Of a stretch of 64,000 nucleotides of DNA, positions 9,376 through 19,121 are shown piece after piece. Position 1 is the first letter of the stretch. Each line of letters begins with the position of its first letter. A model generated the notes under the pieces. It saw only the letters and a program-made list of their open reading frames with translations, had not been told where the DNA came from and ran no database searches. The position numbers were made by a program, and so were the translations under genes. Source of the DNA: an uncultured Gammaproteobacteria bacterium (GTDB lineage: Bacteria; Patescibacteriota; Microgenomatia; Levybacterales; UBA12049); contig CAYMJR010000004.1 of NCBI GenBank assembly GCA_964391315.1, positions 10,261 through 74,260 on the forward strand, read 5' to 3'.

Positions 9376-9702
9376 ATGAAAGTTGCACGAGAAATTAAAG
9401 AAAATACGTGGTTTGAAAAAACAATTAAGAGAACACAAAATAACCGTTCATTGTCTGAAGAACAGTTAAAAACAATTCTTTATGACGCAATGACATACTA
9501 TCTTAGTGAAGACATTCCCTTTCATACATTTCTTGAAATCATACAAGCACTAGCAAAACGATCCGAAATAAACACATTGCCCGAAATAAAACATGCTGTT
9601 GACCTATTAAATCCTCTCTCAAAATATAAGACTAATCCAAAAACGCATCGGGAGGAAATTATTGATTCATTCTATAAAATACTTACTAGGCCTCTTACTT
9701 GA
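9376..9702 (+). CDS. Hypothetical protein
   Basis: I trimmed the ORF to the first ATG (the track start at 9301 is TTG). There are no recognisable motifs. Confidence 0.35.
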   Translation: MKVAREIKENTWFEKTIKRTQNNRSLSEEQLKTILYDAMTYYLSEDIPFHTFLEIIQALAKRSEINTLPEIKHAVDLLNPLSKYKTNPKTHREEIIDSFYKILTRPLT

Positions 9703-9736
9703 CTTTCCGAACAATATTTCTAATAATCACTTAAGA

Positions 9737-10111
9737 ATGGCGAAAAGAATCCTTTTTGTCGATGACGATCTCTACATTAGAGACGCCTATGAAGAAGTCC
9801 TCAAAAGTGAAGGATATAGTGTAGAGACTGCAATTAATGGAGAAGAAGGCCTTGCCAAACTGCAACAAGGTGGTTATGATCTTGTACTTCTGGATGTTAT
9901 GATGCCAACACTTGATGGCATCGGTGTTTTGGAAGAACTGAAAAAGCATCCACCGCAGCAAAAAAACGGGCCGATTATTCTTTTGACCAATCTCGGTTTT
10001 GATCCTTTAGTCAAAACAGCAAAAGACAAAGGAGTTTCATCTTATCTTATCAAAGCCAACCTCTCTCCACGAGATCTTGTGGATACCGTCAGAAAAACAC
10101 TTGGAGAATAA
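9737..10111 (+). CDS. Stand-alone response-regulator receiver (CheY-like)
   Basis: Trimmed to MAKRILFVDDD. The acidic pocket DD, the phospho-acceptor context LVLLDVMMP, and T/K positions (LLTNLG, YLIKA) are present. There is no output domain. Confidence 0.85.
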   Translation: MAKRILFVDDDLYIRDAYEEVLKSEGYSVETAINGEEGLAKLQQGGYDLVLLDVMMPTLDGIGVLEELKKHPPQQKNGPIILLTNLGFDPLVKTAKDKGVSSYLIKANLSPRDLVDTVRKTLGE

Positions 10112-10117
10112 ATTTTA

Positions 10118-11323
10118 CTATTGAATCGAGGAGAGAAGACCATAGATAGGGGTAATAACGGCAAAGATCAGAAAACCTACTCCTAAAGCAAGCATCACCA
10201 TAATAATAGGCTCCATCAACGTCGTAAGCGTCTTGACTGTTTGGTTCACATCCCGCTCATAATAATCAGAAGTTTTTAACAACGACTCATCAAGTTTTCC
10301 TGTTTGTTCACCAATCTTTGCCATCTGTATCAAATAGGGAGGGAAATAGGTGCTTGCACTAAATGCATCACTAATGGTTATTCCTTTTTCTACCCGCTTT
10401 GCAACAAGAATAATGGCATTCTTATAATGGATATTTCCAACAACTTCTGCACTTTTGAGAAGGGAATCAACGACCAATGATCCGGAGCTGATTAACAGTC
10501 CAAACGTTCGACTAAACTCCGCCATCATACTTTGCATCAATAATTTTCCAAAAATTGGAATCTTTAATAGGATCTTATCAACAGTGCTTCTTCCTGATTC
10601 TTTCCTATACCAATTCCGAAAAGCATAAAAACCTAAAGCAATCACCAAGATAACAAGATACCAGAAATTACTGACAATATTTGAAGCTGCAACAACAATT
10701 TGGGTTTGGATGGGAAGCTCTAAATTCAGATTGCCATACAACACACTCAACTGTGGAATAACAAATATCAACATAATAATCGTAACCGCAATCATCATAA
10801 TCACGACAACAATCGGATAGAGCAGTGCTCCGCGGATTGTCTGACGGAGATTTTCCTGTTTTTCTAAATTATCAGCCAGTCTTGTCAGTACTTTATCCAA
10901 GAGACCGGATGCTTCACCAGTTCGGATTAATGCAATATAAATAGGTGAAAAAATTGCTGGATACTTTTCAACACCACTTGATAATGTCTTCCCATTTTCG
11001 ACATCTGCAACGATACTTTCGACAATTTCAGACATTACTGAATTCTTCATTTGATCCCGCATAATTGTCAGTGCCTGCATCAGAGTAAGCCCTGAGGTTA
11101 ACATAGAAGATAATTGTCTGGTAAAAAAAATGACATCTTTTGTAGAAGATTTCTTTAAAAAATGCAAATACTTTCCCAGTCCTACCTGTCCCGGAGCAGT
11201 AATAGTAATAGGAATCAATTGATGTTGTTGTAAATAACGAGCAGCTTCATGAGCATCTTTTGATTCGATAAAACCCTGTATTTGTTTACCATTTTGTGTA
11301 ACTGCACGATAATATAGTTTCAT
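10118..11323 (-). CDS. pilC: Type IV pilus platform protein PilC (GspF family)
   Basis: 401 aa with the duplicated T2SSF architecture and 3-4 TM helices. It overlaps the pilT stop by 4 nt. Confidence 0.85.
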   Translation of the reverse strand: MKLYYRAVTQNGKQIQGFIESKDAHEAARYLQQHQLIPITITAPGQVGLGKYLHFLKKSSTKDVIFFTRQLSSMLTSGLTLMQALTIMRDQMKNSVMSEIVESIVADVENGKTLSSGVEKYPAIFSPIYIALIRTGEASGLLDKVLTRLADNLEKQENLRQTIRGALLYPIVVVIMMIAVTIIMLIFVIPQLSVLYGNLNLELPIQTQIVVAASNIVSNFWYLVILVIALGFYAFRNWYRKESGRSTVDKILLKIPIFGKLLMQSMMAEFSRTFGLLISSGSLVVDSLLKSAEVVGNIHYKNAIILVAKRVEKGITISDAFSASTYFPPYLIQMAKIGEQTGKLDESLLKTSDYYERDVNQTVKTLTTLMEPIIMVMLALGVGFLIFAVITPIYGLLSSIQ

Positions 11324-12387
11324 TTCACCATCCTCAACAACTCACCTTCACGTAATGAATACCCCTTTGCATCATCAAGCGTTACAAGACCATTTCGGAC
11401 AAGATCTGAAAGAGAATCATCAATTGTTATCATACCTGTATCTTTTGAAGTTTGAATAACTGAATCAATAAGATGAGATTTGCCATCTCTGATATTACTT
11501 GCAACTGCAGGGGTACCAAGAAGGATTTCAACTGCGGGAATTCTTCCGCCACCAATACGGGGCAAAAGACGTTGTGAAACAATACCCTTAAGTGTTGCAG
11601 CAAGCTGAATACGGACTTGGGGACGTTGATCGGAAGGAAAAGCATCAACAATACGATCAATACTTTGTGCTGCAGAATTTGTATGCAGTGTTGAGAGCAC
11701 CAAATGACCGGTCTCAGCAAGGGTAATTGCAGCTTGCATGGTATCAGGATCACGCATTTCACCGATAAGAACGACATCAGGATCTTCACGAAGCGCAGAA
11801 CGAAGTGCAAGACTCCACGAATGAGTATCTGTTGTCATTTCACGCTGGGAAATAATACTGATTCCCTTTGGATAGATATATTCAATCGGATCTTCAATCG
11901 TCAGAATATGCGCCGCTCGAGTCAAATTAATTTCATTTAAAATTGCAGCGAGTGTACTTGATTTACCATGCCCAGTAGGTCCAGTAACTAAAACAAATCC
12001 TTGTTTGAGTTTGGCAAATTGGTGACAAACTTTTGGTAAATTGAGATCTTCAAGTGTTCTAACACTTGGCGCGAGAAATCGAAATGCTGCAGCAAGGCTG
12101 CCTTTCTGGAAGTAGGCATTGATACGAAACCTTCCTGCATCACTTGATCCGTCTTGGCCAAAACCGATTGAAAAATCCAGCTCTTTATTAGCGAGTAATA
12201 ACTCTTTCTGTTCAGGTGTCAAAATGGCGTAAACCATTGTTTCTACATCTTCGGGAGAAAGAGCAGAAGACGTAGCAAGAGGACGAAGAATTCCATCAAT
12301 ACGAAAGCTTGGTGGAATACCAACAAGCAAATGTAAATCTGATGCTCTATTTTTAACTGTTAATTCTAATAATTCTCGAATCTCCAT
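11320..12387 (-). CDS. pilT: Type IV pilus retraction ATPase PilT
   Basis: Walker A GPTGHGKSS, Walker B/Asp box LIGEMRD, His box TLHTNSA. The ~355-aa size is typical of PilT. Confidence 0.85.
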   Translation of the reverse strand: MEIRELLELTVKNRASDLHLLVGIPPSFRIDGILRPLATSSALSPEDVETMVYAILTPEQKELLLANKELDFSIGFGQDGSSDAGRFRINAYFQKGSLAAAFRFLAPSVRTLEDLNLPKVCHQFAKLKQGFVLVTGPTGHGKSSTLAAILNEINLTRAAHILTIEDPIEYIYPKGISIISQREMTTDTHSWSLALRSALREDPDVVLIGEMRDPDTMQAAITLAETGHLVLSTLHTNSAAQSIDRIVDAFPSDQRPQVRIQLAATLKGIVSQRLLPRIGGGRIPAVEILLGTPAVASNIRDGKSHLIDSVIQTSKDTGMITIDDSLSDLVRNGLVTLDDAKGYSLREGELLRMVK

Positions 12388-12388
12388 A

Positions 12389-14161
12389 CTATTCCTGAGC
12401 TACACGCAAAACTTCTTCTATTGTTGTAACACCTTGCAATACTTTGAGATAACCATCCTGTTTCATCGTAATCATGCCTTCAAGCATTGCTTGATTCTCA
12501 ATCACAGAACTATCTGCATGTTCAAGAATGAGTCGTGAAATTTTTTCAGATACAGGAAGAACTTCATAAATTCCAACTCTTCCTAAGTATCCAAGATTTC
12601 CGCACTCTGTGCAACCTTTTCCTCGGAATAACTGCACGTCATCATGTGCAGTAAACAGTTTACCTAAGACATGCTTTGCCTCTACTATCAATTGCGAAGG
12701 AGGGGCATAAGCAACGCTACAGTGAGGGCAGATACGCCTCACAATACGTTGTCCGACAATTGCTGTCACAGTTGATGACAGCAAAAATCCTTCAGCTCCT
12801 AGATCCAAAAGTCTGGGAAGTGCACCTGCTGCATTTGATGTATGGAGCGTTGAGAAAACCGAATGGCCTGTTAATGCTGCCTGAATCGCGAGCTCTGTTG
12901 TTTCCTTATCTCGGATTTCTCCAACCAAAATAACATTAGGATCTTGCCTGAGAAACGCCCGAAGTCCTGAAGCAAACGTCAATCCAACTGCAGGATTAAT
13001 CTGTACTTGATTGACTCCTGGAATTTCATACTCAACTGGATCTTCAAGCGAAACAATATTGATACGGGTCGTATTTAAACGAGACAAGAGAGCATAGAGT
13101 GTTGTTGTTTTACCACTTCCCGTTGGACCACAAACCAGAATAATCCCATGCGGCCGCAGAACTGCATTCTCCAGTGTCTTCAGAGCAGTTCCGTTAAGAC
13201 CCAGATCTGGAAGTGTTGGAATCCCACCACTTTTACGAAGCAAACGCATAACAACTTTTTCTCCTTTTACTGTCGGAATCGTTGATACACGAAGATCAAC
13301 TTCGTTTTGTCCAACTTTGAAATTAAATCTTCCATCTTGTGGCATCCGGCGTTCATCAATTTTTAATTCTGCAAGAATTTTTATACGCGAAACAAGTGAA
13401 CTCTCTACATTACGAGGAAGACTTAATTTGTCATATAAAATTCCATCGATTCGATAACGGACACGGACACGTTCCTCTTGAGGTTCAATATGCACATCTG
13501 ATGCACGGCTATTCACAGCGTATTCAAGAATTGTTGAAACAATTTTCGCAATTGGTGCATCAGTAATAATTCTACCAATTTCTGCGCTATCAACAGTTTT
13601 TGCTTGTGCGAATTCTTCGGTCTCTTTAATCGCCTCGCCAACCTCTCCAACTAACTCCTGACGATACTGTTGAGTGATTGCGGTTTTGACTTCTGTTGGT
13701 GATGCAGCAAACTCCTTCACCAGGAGACCTGTTTTTTGTCTAACAAACGCAATCGCGTCAAGATCCAGAGGGTTTGCCATCGCAATTGAAAGTGTTTTTG
13801 TTTTATCGTCATAGAGAAAAGGAATAAGTGAAAATCGCTCAACTTCATTTCTCGATAAGAGACCAATTGCTTGTGGTGGAAAAGTAACTGTTGCAAGTGA
13901 TATATAGGGGACACCGACAAGCTTTGCTTGTGCTTCTGCAAGCTTATCATCACCAACAATCTTGTTTTCTATAAGAACAGTTGTTATGGATTTACCTTGT
14001 TCAGTACTTTTTTTCTTAACATCATCATACTGAGCCTTTGTGATGATCTGATCAGCAAGCAAAATATCAATTACTGACTGTATTTCTGAGGTCATAGGAG
14101 CAACACCGGCAGGAGATGCTTGAGGATCGGACGACAGAACTGATGATTGGACATCGGGCAT
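12389..14161 (-). CDS. pilB: Type IV pilus assembly ATPase PilB (GspE family)
   Basis: N-terminal T2SSE_N-like region, Walker A GPTGSGKTTT, VGEIRD, TLHTSNA, and the tetracysteine CPHC...CTEC motif. Confidence 0.9.
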   Translation of the reverse strand: MPDVQSSVLSSDPQASPAGVAPMTSEIQSVIDILLADQIITKAQYDDVKKKSTEQGKSITTVLIENKIVGDDKLAEAQAKLVGVPYISLATVTFPPQAIGLLSRNEVERFSLIPFLYDDKTKTLSIAMANPLDLDAIAFVRQKTGLLVKEFAASPTEVKTAITQQYRQELVGEVGEAIKETEEFAQAKTVDSAEIGRIITDAPIAKIVSTILEYAVNSRASDVHIEPQEERVRVRYRIDGILYDKLSLPRNVESSLVSRIKILAELKIDERRMPQDGRFNFKVGQNEVDLRVSTIPTVKGEKVVMRLLRKSGGIPTLPDLGLNGTALKTLENAVLRPHGIILVCGPTGSGKTTTLYALLSRLNTTRINIVSLEDPVEYEIPGVNQVQINPAVGLTFASGLRAFLRQDPNVILVGEIRDKETTELAIQAALTGHSVFSTLHTSNAAGALPRLLDLGAEGFLLSSTVTAIVGQRIVRRICPHCSVAYAPPSQLIVEAKHVLGKLFTAHDDVQLFRGKGCTECGNLGYLGRVGIYEVLPVSEKISRLILEHADSSVIENQAMLEGMITMKQDGYLKVLQGVTTIEEVLRVAQE

Positions 14162-14239
14162 TAATTTAATAATAAGAAATATGACTATATCAAGTCAAGA
14201 AAACTGGAATAAATTAAAGTCTTATAGTATAATACACCT

Positions 14240-14695
14240 ATGACAGACCACTTTAGATATTCTGAAGAAGCAGCTAACCAATCCAATGGATTATGGGTAG
14301 AGCTCAACCCTGATCTTAAAAAATCTCTATCTGGTAAGATCCGAAAACTCGCTCCTATGGTAGAAGTCCAAGATACACTTGCGCTACGAGGAACTCTCTC
14401 CACACACTGGCAACGGTTTGGGTTAATGAATACGCAAGTGCAAAAAGCTTCCCAAGACCCAATCTTACCAACAGCAATACTTGGAGATAAATTAGTGATA
14501 CCTTTTGGCTATACTGTGCAACAGAGAGAGGAATTTCCGGGAATGTTATTGGTTTTCTTTGGAATAACAGGCTTATCTCCTGACTTTTATACTCAACATA
14601 GAGAACATTTTCTCTATGGCATCAATCAAACTTTCAGAAGTCACGGACTTAGCCCTTTCCCTTCACTTCCTTTGGGCAAGAAACCAATGATATAA
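14240..14695 (+). CDS. Hypothetical protein
   Basis: 151-aa ORF divergent from pilB and directly upstream of holB. No motifs recognised. Confidence 0.35.
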   Translation: MTDHFRYSEEAANQSNGLWVELNPDLKKSLSGKIRKLAPMVEVQDTLALRGTLSTHWQRFGLMNTQVQKASQDPILPTAILGDKLVIPFGYTVQQREEFPGMLLVFFGITGLSPDFYTQHREHFLYGINQTFRSHGLSPFPSLPLGKKPMI

Positions 14696-14707
14696 TACGA
14701 AAGCTTT

Positions 14708-15379
14708 ATGACAAGCTTTATTGTGGTTGCAAAGAATAAAACAAAACGCGACGAATATATCAAAGATTTCTGCGACAAACAGAAAATTAACAGCTTTGAT
14801 CAAACAACCCTCACCCTTGAAACATCTGTCAAACAAAATACCCAAAGCATTGGCATTGAAGATATTAAACAAATGCAGAAAAAAATATTTTTGAAACCAA
14901 TTAAAAGTGAACAAAAAGCAATCATTATCGACGAAGCAGAGTTATTAACAATCGAAGCACAAAACGCACTCCTTAAAATTCTTGAAGAGCCGCCAGCACA
15001 CACCTTACTTATCTTAAGTACAACGACAAAGGAAACATTATTGCCAACAATTCTTTCCCGTTGTCAGATTATTCAACTAGAAGAAGAGCAGCCGATGGTC
15101 TCTGAAAAAGAAAAAGCAGAGCTGCAGGATTTTTTAGCAAGCTTACCAGAATGGGGGACAGGGGAGCGACTGAAAAAAGCAGAAAGTCTTGCAAAAGACA
15201 AAGACAAAGCAATCGAATGGACTAGCAAACTTATTATTGTCCTTCGAGAAAAAATGCTTCAAGATCAAAATTTACTAGATGTAGCACTTATTAAAACCTT
15301 CCAATCCCTGCATACGACATTAAAAACTACCAATGTTAACCCTCGCTTCGCCATAGAAATAACTCTCATAAATTTATAA
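14708..15379 (+). CDS. holB: DNA polymerase III delta-prime-like subunit (short form)
   Basis: AIIIDEAELLTIEAQNALLKILEEPP...LPTILSRCQ is the clamp-loader delta-prime/gamma box pattern. Confidence 0.7.
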   Translation: MTSFIVVAKNKTKRDEYIKDFCDKQKINSFDQTTLTLETSVKQNTQSIGIEDIKQMQKKIFLKPIKSEQKAIIIDEAELLTIEAQNALLKILEEPPAHTLLILSTTTKETLLPTILSRCQIIQLEEEQPMVSEKEKAELQDFLASLPEWGTGERLKKAESLAKDKDKAIEWTSKLIIVLREKMLQDQNLLDVALIKTFQSLHTTLKTTNVNPRFAIEITLINL

Positions 15380-15461
15380 AATAAGGTGTACTCAACTTCG
15401 TGACGAATGAGGAATCGATATTCATACTGCAGTACTGTACTATGCTCTGCGATATAAGAAA

Positions 15462-16442
15462 TTACCTCAACATGTGTGATGTGAGATAACTAAGAAGTTC
15501 ACTCAACTTACATGTTGCAAGACAAATCCCTTGATCACCACTCCCATAATACACATACAGCTCATCGCCAACAATCACAGCTCCTTCAGGGAAGGTTACA
15601 TCGTTAACAACTCCATGTAATTCATCTTTCAATTCAGGTCTGAGAATTGGTTCTTTTGTGTATGCTAAAATTTTTCTTGGATCATGAAGATCCAACAACG
15701 CCGCACTAATTGTCCATTCAGGATGATCTGAAGTGTTCGCATTACAATAAATGAAAAGCCAGCCATCTTTTGTTTTGATTGGCACTGCGCCTACTTCAGC
15801 TCCACGATATACTGGCTTTGGTGGTTCAAACACCACATTTTCCTGATAATGATCTATATTATCCGCCATAAATCCTATTGGTGGATCAATAACATCATCT
15901 AAACTGGAAAACTGGGCCTGCATAATTGATGAAAGGGGACTATCAGCTTTCCAGGTATAAAACAGCGTGTATTTGCCGTTTATTTTTTCAGGAAAAAGAC
16001 ATGCTGCTTTTGATGTTGTATACTGCGGCCCGACAATTCCATGTTTTTTCCAGATTTTGAAATCTTTGCTCGTTGCAAGTGCGATTCCAACATTATCGCC
16101 TTTTTTCTCACCACCAACAGCTGTATAGTAAAGGAAATAAATTCCGTCAATTTTAGTAACTCTCGGATCTTCACACCCAAGACGTTTTTCATATTCTTGG
16201 TCAGGAACAATAAGTGGCTCTGAAAATCGCTTGAAATGGATACCATCGGTACTTTCCGCATAACCAATTGAAGACATGTACCGACCTTTTCTGTCGTGAT
16301 AAATATCATTGGTCGCCCGATAAACCATCCTGAAAACACCATTATCATATAAAACACTGGGATTAAGAACAGACCCAGCCTCCCACGGATTTTCAGGATT
16401 ACTCGCAAGGATTGGATTACCAGAATATCGATGTAGTTTCAT
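15462..16442 (-). CDS. GH130-family glycoside phosphorylase/hydrolase (DUF377-like beta-propeller)
   Basis: Trimmed to MKLHRYSGNPIL (ATG at 16442). NPWEAGSVLNPSV..DNGVFRMVYRA, GYAESTDGIHF and CEDPRVTKIDGIYFLYYTA are typical GH130 blades. Confidence 0.75.
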   Translation of the reverse strand: MKLHRYSGNPILASNPENPWEAGSVLNPSVLYDNGVFRMVYRATNDIYHDRKGRYMSSIGYAESTDGIHFKRFSEPLIVPDQEYEKRLGCEDPRVTKIDGIYFLYYTAVGGEKKGDNVGIALATSKDFKIWKKHGIVGPQYTTSKAACLFPEKINGKYTLFYTWKADSPLSSIMQAQFSSLDDVIDPPIGFMADNIDHYQENVVFEPPKPVYRGAEVGAVPIKTKDGWLFIYCNANTSDHPEWTISAALLDLHDPRKILAYTKEPILRPELKDELHGVVNDVTFPEGAVIVGDELYVYYGSGDQGICLATCKLSELLSYLTSHMLR

Positions 16443-16502
16443 ACAATAATTATATACTACATTTCCTAAGATAGATACGTTAGACCCAAATTGATGTAAT
16501 AT

Positions 16503-17366
16503 ATGCCAGTTGAATTTGCACCCAACTTTAGGAAAAGGCATGCGGCACAAAGAGCTTTCGAACAGACTTGTATTCAACAAGGGAAAGAAAGCGCACGGTG
16601 GATCCTTGTAGATGGGGATTATTCTCTCAACCAAATTGTCTATGGACATTCGCCAACTGATTTTTTTCGAGGTCCCCGTTTCCATATAATGCGTCTTTCA
16701 GGTTATGAAATTTTTTTAAGAGATCAAATGCAAGCTGCGATTGATCAAAAAGGTGATAGTCCTGCTGTTTTTCTTGATCTTGGTGGAGGAGCAGGAGAAT
16801 CATGGGCAAAATTAGCACTGTATTTTCGCAGAGAAGTTACGCGAGGAGAGGCTATATTTATGGTTTCCAACCTCGTTTTTAAACCCGAACAATATTATCA
16901 ACATTTTCATCGTGATCAAAGAGTCAATCAAAATGTAATTGATGCACGTAACAATGGACTTATCCAATATATAGAAGGTCCCTTTTCCGATTTACCAACG
17001 AGAGAGCTTGCCCTTCCTAATGGAACAACAATAAGCCTTAATGGGCATACTACCTTAATTAACGAAGATAAATCACTGACTAATTGGACACAAATTCCTG
17101 AGGTTGATATACCGATAGCTGGAGGACTATTATCTCCATATGGAATATATATGGTAAGATCCGATGACGTCTTAGTGGCTTCTACATATTCCGACGATAA
17201 AAATAGGCGGAATATTACTAAAGGGAAGGAGATAGCTTATCGAATTCTTGCGACAGATTATAATCTCACGACAGTAACAACAGCTGAGGCAGGAAAGATG
17301 GCAGGAAGCAGATTAGAATATTTTGCAAATAAAAAACCACTCGCTCCAGAAATTATTGTAAATTAA
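16503..17366 (+). CDS. Hypothetical protein, possible class I SAM-methyltransferase fold
   Basis: VFLDLGGGAGES resembles MTase motif I, with IQYIEGPFSDL and LLSPYGIYMV downstream. An alternative start is at 16689 (MRLSGYE). Confidence 0.35.
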   Translation: MPVEFAPNFRKRHAAQRAFEQTCIQQGKESARWILVDGDYSLNQIVYGHSPTDFFRGPRFHIMRLSGYEIFLRDQMQAAIDQKGDSPAVFLDLGGGAGESWAKLALYFRREVTRGEAIFMVSNLVFKPEQYYQHFHRDQRVNQNVIDARNNGLIQYIEGPFSDLPTRELALPNGTTISLNGHTTLINEDKSLTNWTQIPEVDIPIAGGLLSPYGIYMVRSDDVLVASTYSDDKNRRNITKGKEIAYRILATDYNLTTVTTAEAGKMAGSRLEYFANKKPLAPEIIVN

Positions 17367-18592
17367 TGTGTTACAATAGCCGTGCTATGAACCTCGCATT
17401 TCGCCTCAGACCACAAACACTTGAAGAATATTTCGGACAGGGACATCTCGTTGGGAAAGACAAGATTATTCAAAAGATGATTGCGACGCAAACAGTATCA
17501 TCGATGATTTTCTGGGGACCTCCCGGAAGCGGCAAGACAACCCTCGCATATCTTATCGCAAACGCATCAAAAGCAGATTTTCATCATTTATCAGCAGTCG
17601 AAACAGGTAAGGCAGATTTACGAAATGTAATTGCCAAGGCTGAAGAAAACGAAAAACAGAACATCAAAACTATCCTATTCATCGATGAAATTCACAGATG
17701 GAACAAAGCACAACAAGATTCACTTTTGCCCTATGTTGAGAGTGGACTCCTAACCCTTATTGGCGCGACAACAGAGAATCCATCTTTTGAAGTCATCAGC
17801 GCTTTACTTTCACGATGCCGCGTGTTTGTTCTTAAAAGTCTTGAAAAAGAAGATCTTGAAAAAATTATCGATCGAGCATTAACTGATAACGCAAGGGGAG
17901 TAGGGAAGTATAAAAAAAGTTTAAACCCCGAAGCCAAAGATCTACTCATGCGTCTTTCCGGTGGTGATGCCAGAATTATGCTCAATGCTATCGAAATCAT
18001 GGCAACAACATACAAAGAAAAGAAACTAAACCCGGAAATCGTTAAAGAAGTCTTCCAAACAAAATCCGCAGGGCTGTATGACAAAAAAGCAGACGAGCAC
18101 TACAATATCATCTCAGCATTTATCAAATCCATGCGCGGCTCAGACGTCGATGCAGCTCTCTACTATTTAGTTCGAATGCTAGAAAACGGCGAAGATCCAA
18201 AATTTATCGCAAGACGGATGATCATCTTTGCATCAGAAGACATTGGCATGGCAGATAGAGGAGCACTAATCCAAGCCAATGAAGCTTTTGAAGCAGTGAA
18301 TAAAATCGGCATGCCAGAGTCGCAACTCATCTTGGCTCATGTAACAATTTATCTTGCAAGTGCAAAAAAATCACGGGCAGTACCAAACGCTTTAGGAAAA
18401 GCCAAGCAAGCAGTCTATGACTTCCCAAATGAACCAATCCCACTGCATTTGCGAAACGCTCCAACAAAACTCATGAAAGACCTCGGTTACGCCAAAAACT
18501 ACGAATGGTCAGAAAAACACGTGGGACCAAAACAAGACTTGTCATTTTTACCCGATAAACTCAAAAACAAAAAGTTCTTTGAAAAAGAATAA
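17366..18592 (+). CDS. rarA: Replication-associated recombination protein A (MgsA/RarA AAA+ ATPase)
   Basis: GPPGSGKTT, FIDEIHRWNK, and the C-terminal MgsA_C pattern DVDAALYYLVRMLE.GEDP.FIARR. TAATG overlaps the previous stop. An alternative start is at 17387. Confidence 0.9.
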   Translation: MCYNSRAMNLAFRLRPQTLEEYFGQGHLVGKDKIIQKMIATQTVSSMIFWGPPGSGKTTLAYLIANASKADFHHLSAVETGKADLRNVIAKAEENEKQNIKTILFIDEIHRWNKAQQDSLLPYVESGLLTLIGATTENPSFEVISALLSRCRVFVLKSLEKEDLEKIIDRALTDNARGVGKYKKSLNPEAKDLLMRLSGGDARIMLNAIEIMATTYKEKKLNPEIVKEVFQTKSAGLYDKKADEHYNIISAFIKSMRGSDVDAALYYLVRMLENGEDPKFIARRMIIFASEDIGMADRGALIQANEAFEAVNKIGMPESQLILAHVTIYLASAKKSRAVPNALGKAKQAVYDFPNEPIPLHLRNAPTKLMKDLGYAKNYEWSEKHVGPKQDLSFLPDKLKNKKFFEKE

Positions 18593-18635
18593 AATAGACC
18601 TATAGCATTGATTTTGGGCCGATTTTCCACTATAA

Positions 18636-19118
18636 TTGCTGAATATGTCTGAACGATCAAAAATCGCAGCGGGGTATTTCTTGCAAGTTAGTGATACGTA
18701 TCCTGCTTCAGTTCCACATCAAGCAGCCTATATTGCATTAAGATGCCAGGAAGAAAACCAGAAACCATTTGCCTTACGAAGAGCCCTTTTACGAGATAAA
18801 CAATGGCTTCGATATATTGCAAATGCAGCTGAAAAAAGGCATAAACCACATGAAAAGGCACCTCAATCAGTACCTCCAAGTGAAGTAAAAAGAATTGCAA
18901 GAGAAACCTTTAGATTGGCAGCGAATCTGAATCAAGTACCATCGGGTACCCTAAGAAAATTTCTTACTTCTTATCAAAAGGGTGAGGGGCCACGGCAAGT
19001 ACTACATGCAACCGAAGTTGTTTACGGATTAATGGGAAGCTATCCTCCTCCTTTAACCACTTTTCTGAGATCAGTTATCGAGTCAAACATACCGAGAGGT
19101 CTACCACGAAGAAAATAG
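18636..19118 (+). CDS. Hypothetical basic protein
   Basis: 160-aa ORF with no recognisable motifs. Confidence 0.3.
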   Translation: MLNMSERSKIAAGYFLQVSDTYPASVPHQAAYIALRCQEENQKPFALRRALLRDKQWLRYIANAAEKRHKPHEKAPQSVPPSEVKRIARETFRLAANLNQVPSGTLRKFLTSYQKGEGPRQVLHATEVVYGLMGSYPPPLTTFLRSVIESNIPRGLPRRK

Positions 19119-19121
19119 AAA

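Noticed and set aside
16443-16685. An 81-codon N-terminal extension of the GH130 ORF in the track (start at 16685).
   Set aside because: The extension has no similarity to the family and is Cys/Phe/Trp-rich. The conserved N-terminus begins at MKLHRYSGNPIL (ATG at 16442), and the extension overlaps the divergent 16503.. ORF. The same logic was applied to pyrB (34181), the HAD gene (42838), pyrF (43526), the receiver (9662) and the codA-like gene (34085).
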